Position numbers and translations under genes: made by a program. Below, in pieces: positions 1 to 12,120 of a stretch of DNA of 64,000 nt. This DNA is from Paramecium tetraurelia (Eukaryota): positions 1-64,000 of the forward strand of contig CT868026.1 of assembly GCA_000165425.1 (NCBI GenBank). Reading direction: 5' to 3'. Each line of letters starts with the position of its first letter. Positions within the stretch are counted from its first letter, which is position 1. A model generated the notes under the pieces. That model made no database searches, was not told where the DNA came from, and saw only the letters and a program-made list of their open reading frames with translations.

Positions 1-754
1 TGATTTAAAGCAAATTTTTTTTATATTCAAATAATAATATATAAATTAGAAAAAGTTTATAAATGTATTTAAACAACAATAAAGTCTACCAAAATGAAAA
101 ATTCATATATTGATGGTAAGTTTTATAAAGAAATCAAGTCTATTCTTATTTAACTTTTAGTATAAAATTGCATTTTATGTCTTTAAGAAATTTAGAAATT
201 TTTAAATTCAGTTCAATTTAGATAAAAAATTAGATTTGTGATATGATTGAATGATATTCTATTAGAGATAAATATTCTAAGTTTCATTCGAACTTTATGA
301 ACTAGCCTGATAGAAAATGATGAAATTCGAAAATTTTGTGGAAAGAATTTACGTATTCAATATTTTTGTCAAGTAGACTAAATTAATAAGATTCAGATTA
401 TGCTAAGGGGAAGATGAGAGATAAATTCACATAATTAAATATTGTTTCTAAATTTGTAATTTAGGCTCAAAAAGATTACTTATTTATAATTTTATATAAT
501 TTTTATGTATAGACAATAGTTGATTGGTTGTATCTGCTAATACTTTTTTATTAATAAATTGACTGGTTGAATAATTAATATTAGATATTTCTTAAGTATG
601 AAATAAAGAATGCTAAATTAATTTCGATTATTATAATACAATTATATAAAATTACCTATTCTATTAGTTAATTGCAGAATATCAAAAGACTATTCTATAA
701 AGATTATCAAAAAAAATCGATAAAATTAAATAGCAATTTGATATATGTAGAATT

Positions 755-3700
755 TCATAATGTCCACATTTCTGTTATTTCTTTCTAAAAGACATTTTGA
801 TTTTGATTTTCCACTAATAAATTATTTAGTTAAAAATTTTTATTTGCATTAATAGAGCTTTACTCGTCATAGCTATAGATAACTATATTAGATCAATTGA
901 TAGTACATATAGATTATTGCTAACTATTCCACTATTATCAAAATGAAAATCAATAATTTTGCCTTTATAAATAAATACTATATTTTGAAAATAATGATTT
1001 TAATGTTTATTGGATATTGATTATTCAATCATATTGACTTGTGATTATACTATCTTACTTCTTTATTCTTGATTTAAAGATGTATTTTTCTATTTCATCT
1101 AATATTTCTATTTCAACAACTTTAAATAAAACTGTTGAAAATAGTTTTTTCAGCGAGTTTTATTACAAAATTGCTAATTCTTAAAGAGTACTCTCCATAG
1201 TTTATTATAAAATCTAAATCATCAAATTATTATAGTTTTGGTGATTCAAGTAATTTTAGAACTCTGTCATAAACGTATTTGAAATTGTGATACCATCATT
1301 CTTAATCAATTATTTATTTTTCAACTCATTGATTATATTTTAAGTCAATAAATGTTAATCAACCTAATTTATTTAGTTCATCTAATTTATTTTCTCCTCA
1401 ATTTACTTAGATTAATGATTGAAATTGTCAATAGACTACATTTAAATAAAATTATTACTTAATTTAATTAATTTAATGCATGTGAATTTCTATTAAATTA
1501 GTTTCTTTAGTTCTAAAAGTACTTTTATTAGTCGATTAATTATATACCTTATTGTTTATACTTTACTCTTGCTCTTTCATATGGATTCCATACTAATACT
1601 TAAAAATGATTGCCATTGGTTCTATATTTTTGCAGATTTCTTTAAACAATTCACATATCTTCATGAATTACGGTCTTATTACTTTCTAATAAAAATTATT
1701 CATAGATTATTTATTCGGTATTTTTAATTCATCACATTCATGTTAAATATCCTCATCATTTATATCGAATGTTGAAATTAGATTGTTTTAAATCACTTTA
1801 GTTTTTATAATTTGATCAATTTCTTTTTGATTTGATTATTTTTCAAAATAAATATCTAATAAAAGAATATTTTTCTAAAGTTCAAAATCTTCGTTGTAAC
1901 AAATTTAATAATTCCCTTTAAATTGTTTAATTTCATTGTTAAGTCTTTATTCATATTATTTATATTCTTCAATTCTGCTTTAGAGCCCATGATATTTTTT
2001 ATTACCCTATATTGAACAAATTTCTTTAGCCTCTTATTTTAATTCATTTTCTGACTTCTTAGTTTTTTTTTTGGTTATTTATAATTTTAGATATTTTTTT
2101 GCCTCTTCACAAAAACGATTTTGAAATCCACCAACAGTTCCTTTAGATTCTTAAAAACATCTATTGATAAAATCAAATAACTCCTTAGATGTATCTTTAG
2201 AAATGACTCCATTTTATACTTAATCGTTTAAAACTTCTGTTGCCAAATTTAATAGTTGATTAACATTACCAGTTTTAAAAGCGGCTTCTTATATTTATTA
2301 CAAAGTTTGATATTGATTTTTTATATCTGCTTTATCAAGATCACTTAACCAAAAACCAGCCTTTTTTAATCCATCAACTGTGACGCGAGGAATTTATTTC
2401 AAAAATTCAGTAATTCCAATTTTTTATAATGATTAAAATCCTTTACATCCTATTTCAAGAGCCTCCTTAATGCCAGAAGGTCCTGCTAAAACTAATGCAG
2501 ATGCAATATTAATCATTTTGTTTTATCCCCAGGCTCCCCAATCAATATCTAATCCTTTCCAGGCTGCTGTGACAGAATAGACCATATCTGATATTCCTCC
2601 AGTTATAAAAGTTTTTCCAATCGGTAAAGCAGCACCACAAGTCAATGCAGTTACTGCACATCCAAAAAGAAATTGACCTAATCCGATTGCAAACATGCCT
2701 AAATATTACCACCATTTTTTTTTTTTCTTCTCTTTTTATATCTTGGTAACTTTTCCAATCATAGGCAAGGGTCCATCATTGATTATTTTTTATTTATCTA
2801 CAAATGATTTATATTCATCACCATTTTTCTTTTTTTTTTTATTAATAAAAGGAGACTATATCTACTATAATATTTTCTTGGTCTGGATTGAATTATTTTT
2901 GGCAAAATTGCGTCAAGCTGCNNNNNNNNNNNNNNNNNNNNNNNNNNNNNNNNNNNNNNNNNNNNNNNNNNNNNNNNNNNNNNNNNNNNNNNNNNNNNNN
3001 NNNNNNNNNNNNNNNNNNNNNNNNNNNNNNNNNNNNNNNNNNNNNNNNNNNNNNNNNNNNNNNNNNNNNNNAAGTTCTCTTTTTATATCTTGGTAACTTT
3101 TCCATCATAGGCAAGGGTCCATCATTGATTATTTCTTATTTATCTACAAATGATTTATCTTCATCACCATTTTTCTTTTTTTTTTTATTAATAAAAGGGA
3201 CTATATCTACTATAATATTTTCTTGGTTCTGGATTGAATTTATTTAAAAGTCTTTAAGATATTATCAATATTTTTCATAAATCCTTTATAGACTATAATA
3301 TGGTTTTTGACCTTTTCATCGTTACTATCTAATTTCTTGTTATTCTTTTAATTGTTTATATCTGTGTTTTCATTTTCTCTACCATAATTTCCGTGATTTT
3401 CATTTTCATTATTATGATTCTCAATATTTGAGTTTTCATGATTTTATTTTTATTATCTTTGCTTTTTAAACCTCTGTTTCTCTTATTTTATTTAAGAATC
3501 ATGCTCCATTTACTATGAAAATCCTTCTTCTTATGTAAGGTATTATGGATTTAATTGCTTTGGATTGATATCAAATTCTAATTTTGGTAACAAATTAGAT
3601 TATTCTTTAGGATTATTTGAAAATTAATCTATTTAAAATCGATTTAACTTTAACGCAGTTGAAAATCCTTTTTCATCATCTATTTTCTGTTGAAATAACT

Positions 3701-6390
3701 ACTTTGCTTTCTTTAATGAATCTATCCCATCCTAAAACTTATTGCCTTATATTTAATATAACCCTTTATAATATTATGCAGCAGGATCATTTTCTGAAAT
3801 ACTTACAGCCTTCTTAAATCTTTCTAAGCATTTTTTTTACAATCCATCCAAAATCAAATACTTTGGATTTTAGGCATCATTTGAATTCAAAATTTTTTCA
3901 ATATCATTTTCATTTAATCCAGTTTCTTGATTTTCCTCCAAATACAGCCCCCACCTCTCTTCCAATTCTTAAAAAGCGCTGCGTTATTCTTTGAAATTGA
4001 CCATGGCTTTAGCAATTTTGCAGAACTTTTCAAAGCATCTATCTTCATTTTCCAATTTTTTCATTTCTTTTTCAATTTCATCTGAATAAAATTATTCATT
4101 CACATTTCTTAATATGACAAGGATATCTAAACTTGTTGGATTGTTGTTATTTACCTTCAAACTCTCGAAAGCTATGATATCTTGTAAGGCATCTGTTTGT
4201 AAATTTCCCAAATAAAAATTTTCCTGTTTATTCACAATAAGTTAAGCAGTTCCTTTTCTTCCTTACCTTCCTGTTCTTCCAAAACCTTATTGTTAAATTC
4301 TTATATTCCTAGGTAAAAAGGACATAATCACATGGAGTCCTCCATTATCTTCCAATTCTTAGTTTGTTATAAGATCTGTTCCTCTTCCAGCCAAATTTGT
4401 TGCAATGATAAGAGTACCAGGCTTAACCTCATGATCTATTTTCTAACTATCGTCAAAGTATGCAATAGAATTATAATTTTTTTATTTGAGATACATTTAA
4501 ATTGTATTGACATCTTAAATCGTCCGATTAATAATGAGAACTGCTCTCTTGTTGTTAATCTATTATTAAACAGCCTAAAATATAGCATTTTTCCACTCTT
4601 CTTCATTAGAAGCTGCATATCCTGTCTCTTCTTTTAACAGTCTCTTTTTAAAAGGGGGTATGAAAACAAAATCAACATTGTACTCTTTAGCTAATAAATT
4701 CTATGTAACTTATGAACCTAAAGTACCAGTTAATCCTAAAATTTTATTTTTGTATCTTTTAAAAAAGGTAATATTCGACAAATAGTTTGTGTTAATTGTC
4801 AATGAAGTCATCGGAAGATTATGCTTTAATTATACAAATTGATGTAACCCTTTTTCCCAATGCATATTATCTCCATGTATCACTCCTGTGTTCTAATAAT
4901 CAATTATTCGAAGCTTATCATTTTCAATTTGATAATGGCAATCCTTATGGAGTTGATATTTTGCATGAATGGCATTTTCAATCCATGTTTTCTTCATAAA
5001 ATCAATATATTTCAATCTATATTTAGGGATAAATTAGTATAATGCTTCTTTTAGTTACAGGTTTAAAGTGGATTCAATATATTCATTCAAGTCAACACTA
5101 TAATAATTATCTTTATCGACAATCATAACTTTATTTTCTGTTGATAAATTTGATTCTGTCTTACAAATTTCATCCCAGATTAATCTAAGAACCTTTGTTA
5201 AATCAAGCATTCCAGGTATAGGGGCACTTAATAGTGTCTTATGACTATTTCCATCTATAAGCATAGAATCAACTTCATCAACAATAATATATTCTTATTT
5301 TCTATTACCCATGGTATCTCTTTCTGAGTATTCATGTCTTAAAATATCTGCTTCAAAACTATGGGGATCTCCATAAATCACAGAGCAATTATAACAGGGT
5401 AGCATTCCAATAGTAGATTTCTATGTTTCATTTATATTATGGGATACTGAAACTGAAAAGGATTTATAAAATGATTCCAATTATTAAGCATCTCTAGTTG
5501 CCAAAACAGGAGAGCTAGTTACAATATCAACATTAGCATTTTTCTTTTTATTCAATAAAATTGCAAGCATGGCTACTATTAGAGATTTCCCTTCTCCAGT
5601 ATATATTTAAGCTAACCGTCCTTTATCATGATTATGATTATATAATTCTATTACTGATAATAATTAGGCCGGCCTTGGATAATATTAAAAGTGTTCCTTT
5701 ACTTTTATGCATATAAATAATAAGTCTTCATACAATAAATATGGTGAAGGCGTAAAATTTATATAGTTTACATTTAATTGCTATTAGTTTTCAAGCTATG
5801 AATATACTTATTATAGTAAGTTTAATAATTCTTAATTAGATCTCTTATTGAGAAAGTCAAATTCTTTAAACAGGTCATTTATTATTTATTAATTATTGGT
5901 TTGTGCTTACTCTTTATTGGGTTGAGCAGGCATAGGATTTTGAACTACTGGATTTGAACTTGATTCAAAAATAATACAGGCTAAATGCTTAAATTAATCA
6001 GCAGTTTGAAATTCATGTTGTGTTACTTTCTCAACTAATCCTCGATCCATTTTGTTTTTTTCAACAAATTAGAGGATATCTGTTATTTCTTGCTCACTTT
6101 TAATTTATTTAGATAAATTCTATTTTAAATTCTATAACTCTTAAGGAGTCCAATCTTACTCAAATTCCATATTTTGAGAGCTTTCCTTAATCAAGCTCTC
6201 TTACAATTTATTCCAATTTTCCGAGTTATCAAAAAGAATTCGAATGACTTATTCTGAGCTCTTAAATTTTTGGATCTATTGATCTAAAATTTTATAGCTA
6301 GTCTTAGGTGAAATTCATTTGCATGATAATCTCTTAAAAATTCTGATTTTCTTCAGCTGACCACTTTGTATTTTCGATCAACTTCTGCAT
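755..6390 (-). CDS. Giant SecA-like (SF2 DEAD-motor) ATPase with a long C-terminal extension; spans an assembly gap
   Basis: Ciliate-code translation from ATG 6390 (MQKLIENTKW...) gives the SecA motifs in order: QIYTGEGKS (~5583-5609), VDIVTSSPVLATRDA, IIVDEVDSMLID (~5270), DYQNTG..HWEKGLHQF, ILGLTGT, IATNLAGRGTD (~4390), GGLHVI..RIQQQGFGRTGRQGRKGT (~4250-4340). The frame continues past the gap. Two small introns near 1440-1550 keep it open, and the likely end is ...EITEMWTL-TGA at 755. The 3' exon structure is approximate. Confidence 0.85.
2922..3071. other. Scaffold gap (150 N) flanked by a ~165-bp near-identical duplication (2728-2894 vs 3075-3242)
   Basis: The N run is seen directly. The same sequence (ttctctttttatatcttggtaactttt...ggattgaatt) occurs on both sides, with errors concentrated toward the gap. 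Confidence 0.95.
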
Positions 6391-6914
6391 AATTTTAAAT
6401 TTTTTTTGTTTCCATTTTTGTTTAAAAATAATAGAAATATTCTAATTCTATTATTTTCCAGTTAAATAATCAATAAAAAATCCATACTTTACATATTTAA
6501 TAATTTATCATGTTCTTCAATTCCGAATTCCTTCAATAGAAAATCTTTTTATTGATCATGGTTCTTCTTAAAAATAGAAGGATAGAGGAATCAATCAATT
6601 CAAGTAATCCATGATATTTAATATTTTAATGAGTAAAAATGTGGAAATAAAATAAACCTTTTTACCAATTTTCTTATGAATTTTGAAACTAAATGATTGT
6701 TCAAAATCAAATTTTGGGTAAACATTATAGTTTGATAAATTCAAGTGAAAAATTATTATGGACTAAAAGATTTTTCAAATATTATTGATAATAAAAACTA
6801 ACAAATCAAGTAAGAATAAGGAAAATGCTCAAGATTTTGAAGATTTGAAAAATTTGTAATTGAAAATAGACGAAACTATGGATATTTAATTTATTTAATT
6901 TAAATTATGCAATC

Positions 6915-9900
6915 TCATTATTTTATTTGGATATGATAAACAAATTCCACTCTTGTAAATACACTTTTTTAAAGTTAGAAATTTGCCTTTTATAGTTCAT
7001 TTCCTTTATTTTACGATTGCTGTTCTTCATTAGATTTAAGTTTGCTTATTCTTTTTTCGAGTATTTTTCTAATTTTACTTTTGATTAAATTGATAAAATC
7101 ATAAAGATCAAACAACATATATGAAATTAGAACACTTACTAAAAGAAACATTTAAATCCAGCTCACTATGATTATAAAATTATAATCAAAGTATTGTTAC
7201 AAAATATCCCAATTTACGATTGTGGATGCTGTAAATAATGTTAGGGATGCTTCCATGATTATATTTTTCATTTAAATTTCAAATTCTTCAGTAGTCTTTG
7301 TGTTAATAACGTAAATTAAGTAGAATCCATTGATTAAGGTCATTAGCAAAGTTTAAAGTATCTGCTCACGCTAGTAAAATACAAGGACTGATACAATTAA
7401 AATCTTTTTAATTAAAAGAAAAAAGGCTTATTTTTGAAACCAATATTGGTCTAAATTTTACCTTTTCCAAGTAAGTACTCCGTTCATTTAATATAAGATT
7501 AGTGCAAAAACGAAAATTAGTATTATAAAAGTAATAGCCAGGCGAACATAAGTTCTATAAAAAGAAAAATCATGGTAGGAGGATATTTCAAGCATTGCCA
7601 TAAAGATCAGATCCCAACTACAAGCAAGCAAAGTACTATGGATAAAACTTCTGTCAATTTTTTTAATCTATTTATTGAGTTTTCTTTAGTATCTTTGTAA
7701 AAAACGAACAACTTTTGGGAAACCTTATAAAGGTGAACTCATCTCCACGATTGAAATAACTCTTTCCAATAATAAACTACTCATATAACAAAATAATAAG
7801 GTGAGGAATAAAAAAATTTCACTTCTAAATCCTTCAGTTATATCTGCATTGACTTAATAAAATTAAAATTTTTCATATGATTCTAGATATGGAAATTTAA
7901 GTAATGAAGCCTTCTGGCTAAAATTTACGATGCTATCTAGCAATGATTACATTGATATCAATTCGGATGATTGAAAGTAAATAATCAAAGTTTAAGGGTA
8001 TAAAACATTGATAAATTTAAGATATGATTGCTGCTAAAGGGCATCCAACATTCCCCATAGTGAAAGTGTATTTCCTAGTATGATTAAAATAATTGATAAA
8101 GCATATATAGATAGAAAAGATACTTTACTAACCAATTATATTGCCTGAGCTATTTAAACTTATTCATCTGTTAAATAATTAGGTTAATTTAATTGCAAAT
8201 AATCCATCATATTTACTAAAGGGGCGAGATTATCATTATATAGTTATTCTGTTAGTTTGACTGTTAATATTGGATACTTGAGTTGATTAGTAAAGATCTC
8301 AACTTATATAATGTATTCTACCTGCAATATAACTTAATACTAAGCAGATTGAACCTCCATAATAGTAATATTGTAATAAGTTTCATTCAAATCAATGATT
8401 GAAAGTTCTATGGAATTTTAAAAATTGATATCAGAAAGTAATTAAACTTCCTAAGAGAATTTGATCCTAGCATATTAATATTAATTTTTCTGCTGGATAA
8501 ATTCACAAATAAGCTGTGGATACTTAACAAATGTGCAATCAGTGCCTTAATTGCAGATCCAATTAATTTCCACTTAACATGTTTTAGAGCACCCATCTCC
8601 ACTATCTAGATTTCCGTCATCACATTCTTCACCATTTTATAAGGTCCCATCTCCACATACATTTGAGCATTAATTTTCAATTAGTTGAAATCCAAAATTA
8701 CAAATGTTGCAAGTGCCATCAATGCATTCAAAGCAATTGAGAGGACATGAAAATTTACATAGATAACATCCATCATATTCTGAGGTGTTATTATCTTCAC
8801 ATTATTCGCTGCCTGCAATGATGGAATCCCCACAAATTGTAGAACAGGCATTATTCATAAAATAAAATCCTGGCAAACATAAATCTAGACAGATTCCAAA
8901 TTCGCAGTTAATACATCCTATTGAGCAAGAATAACGGCAATTGAAACAGCCATCAAATTCGATATCATTACCGTCATCGCAATCTTCAGAGTCTTAAACT
9001 ACAAGATCTCCGCAAGTACCAATGCATTCATTATCAAGTAATTTTAAATTGTTCTTACATGAATAACAAATTGTGTTTACACATTCCTAACAATTTTGAT
9101 CACAAACACATTCTTCAAGACTGTAAGGTGCTATTTAATCTCCACAAATATCTAAACACTTACCTAAAATTAAAATCTATCCAATTTAACATTTATAACA
9201 AACATCATCAATACAAATCTAACATTAAGCTTAACATAAATTTTTTTTCTCAACCTAAAAACAATAATTATCTTCCAAATAATAGTCATTCTCACATACT
9301 TAGCAGATGCCTGAAATACATTATAAACAATGATCACTGCATTAAATTTAACAACTATAGCAATATGATGATAGATAGGAATACTAACACTATTCCTATG
9401 AAGTGACAATTTGATAGTTACAAATTGAATCACATTTGCTTGTTAATTAATTTAAAATGAAACCATTTTAACATACAATACAGACTTCTAGTAAAGAAAC
9501 TTAACAATTATCAATTGGAGGATAGCTTTAAGGTTCAGTGTATTCTTCTTGAAAAGTTATAATAGAGGATTTCTAATTGATTTGTTTTTCACAACTAAAT
9601 TCATATTCTAAATAAGTCCAACCATCAAAACAACCAAGGCAGATCATATTTTAACAGACTGAACATCCATCTACACATGAAAACATACAGCCAAAGCAAC
9701 CATCAAATGGAAATAAATTGCCATCATCGCATTCTTCATCCATTTCAACAAGTTTGTCACCACATATTGTTGTTTCTAAATTAATTTATTTTTATACTTA
9801 TAAAAGTTTAAATGTCTCTTACTCCAAAGGACTCATTAGAATATGATTCATCCAAGTTATTTATTATTAAAATTTTGGTATTTTATTCATAATGAGGAAA

Positions 9901-10919
9901 TGTCATATCTATATTAATAAATACATCTTAAGAATTTAAACTACAAATTCCATATAAATAATTAGGAAATGAAGTTAGTGGCGATTCCCATATTAATTCT
10001 CCAGCAGCAAACGTTTAGAAATGATCTGCCCATTCCCAACTGCCAATCCTGAGATACTTTAGTTTTATTTTCATTTAAGTATGAACTGGCAATTTCAATA
10101 AAGTCAATTTCAGGATAGTATCTTTTCCACACACTTCTTTCCCACATATAGTAGGAATCTCTAAAATTAAATATCAATCTCATACCCAAACAGTTTTATT
10201 TATTTTGGTTTCCATCTTAAATGCTCCATCCATCTGTAACAAAGTGGTCAAAATTAACTTCTGTATAGTAGGAATGAGCTAGCCTCCAAGTGTTACAATC
10301 AGCCTCCGTGTCCTTATTAGTACAAGTAAGGCATTCTGGAGGACACTCGAAAATAAATAGTTCGAAATTCTTAAAGCCCCAAGATTCCTTTTTTTATGAA
10401 AAATCATACATCCCAAGCGTCCCCATTCAATGTACTAGTTAAGTAGATGAAGGTTGACAATCCTGTATGATCTAACTCCATTGATATTTAATGAATTGAA
10501 TCTTTTCTAGTTTCTTATCCACATAAAAAGTTTGTGCCAGCTAAACCTGAATATCTAACTTTGTACACTAACACTTGATCTACATACACTTAGAAGTATT
10601 CATCGACATCCCATGAATCGATTCTAGGCTAGTTATGACAGTTTACATATAAAGAGTCATAGAAATTTTCATTCTATAATGAGGAGGTAATTGTAATAAT
10701 TTTGTAGCAGCTTGCGTATTTGCAAATCTTAGATGGCCTCCTATAATTTCTTATGAGCCACATTTAGTTATTACGGTAGCAGGATCAATGTTTAGAAAGC
10801 TCCAATCTAAACTCATAATATGTATTACTATCAGTGTCATCCAGAATAGTATCGCTAAAGGCTGAATAAACGAGGGTTTAAGAGCTAGTTATACGTAAGA
10901 GGGTTAAAATCAAGAGCAT
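6915..10919 (-). CDS. Cysteine-rich surface protein with Myxococcus-type Cys-rich (DUF4215-like) repeats and a C-terminal multipass membrane domain
   Basis: Signal-peptide-like start MLLILTLLRITSSQ. Repeated CGD..EECDDGNLFPFDGCFGC, CGDLVV..CDDGNDIEFDGCFNC and CEECDDGNLDSGDGCSKTC units (8550-9780), furin-like CxxC repeats, and several hydrophobic helices at 7050-8130 (SLWGMLDALQQQSYLKFIN..YP). TGA at 6915. Confidence 0.85.
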
Positions 10920-11137
10920 TTATTTACAAGAAAGTATTAAGTAAAAGTTGTGTTAATTAATGAAGATTAAAAAATACTTTTTAATTAAGGAATTTTGTTT
11001 TGTTGAAAGAGCATTCTAATGGATTTCCTAATTTTATTTAAATACATATATATTAAATTATATGGAAAAAGACTAAAATTTAATTGATTTTTTATATCAA
11101 TATATCAGACACCAATAATAGAAATATTGAAATCTAA

Positions 11138-11178
11138 ATTGACAATCTAACTTTATTCTATAAAGTTAGATTGTCAAT
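11138..11178. repeat. Perfect 19-bp inverted repeat with a 3-nt loop
   Basis: attgacaatctaactttat-tct-ataaagttagattgtcaat; the arms are exact reverse complements. Confidence 0.95.
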
Positions 11179-12120
11179 AAATTGAATCAGCATGTTGTGA
11201 GTAATGATTGCTCACATCGATTACATTGGTAATGTAAAAAAGAAAATGAAAATATAATTATGAGCGTTAACATGTAAATTGACAGTTAATTATAAGAGTT
11301 AATTAAAACAATAACTCATTATTAATCGTTCCTAGTTTTCTATAAGCATACATTTTATTATACTTTAATTTCATTTATATTAATTAATTTTTGAACCAGT
11401 TAAATTGATAATTATTTATGCCATTCTTTCGTTGATGGTGAATTATTTACAATTGTCGTTTCAAAATTCTCTAACTAACTTAGAATGAATGTAAGCTTTT
11501 TAATGAGATAAATAAACTTTTAAATTTAATTAAGTTTTTATTATAAAATATTTAGAACTAATATTTGATATATATTCCGAATAAATTATTTAGGGAAATT
11601 GAGAAAAAACTTATTAATAGAAAATCAAATTTTTCCTAATCTTATATCAATAATGGCTATCTTTAAGTATAAGTTTTTCATAGTCGTCGTTAATGTTGGT
11701 TTTATTTAAAATATATTTTATTCAAATTAAAGATTTTTCGAAAACAGTTTTCTTTCATAGGAATCAATTAAGTTAAATTCTAAAATTGAATTACATTTAT
11801 AAGGATTTAATAATGAATAGGTATAAACACTAATATTATACTTGTTTCTCAATAAAACTTTCTTAACAATAGGGTTTAATTAATATATTCCATGAAGTAT
11901 ATTCTTGCATTCTTTAAGTTTTTCTCATATATCCAAAATACCATAAAGAGATATTTTGCCACATGATAATTAAGAATATCTTTCAAAACATCAAAAAGAT
12001 GAAAAAGATTTGCCAAAAAAATATAAAGAGTAATTTTAGTGTAAATTTGAATAAAATGAGGTAAATTAGTTTAATAATTAATATTTAATTTACTATGAAA
12101 AATATATTTATGCAATATTT

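Noticed and set aside
1428..1430. Premature TGA in the SecA-like C-terminus
   Set aside because: Two plausible tiny introns (~26 nt near 1520-1547 and 23 nt near 1436-1458) bypass it and keep a coding-like frame; not confirmed without RNA data.
2695..3247. Hydrophobic plus-strand ORFs spanning the N run
   Set aside because: They are antisense to the SecA-like gene and inflated by the Ns and the false duplication.
4250..5620. Bacterial contaminant or endosymbiont secA
   Set aside because: In-frame TAA/TAG Gln codons occur inside the conserved motifs, and the gene has host-like composition and tiny introns.
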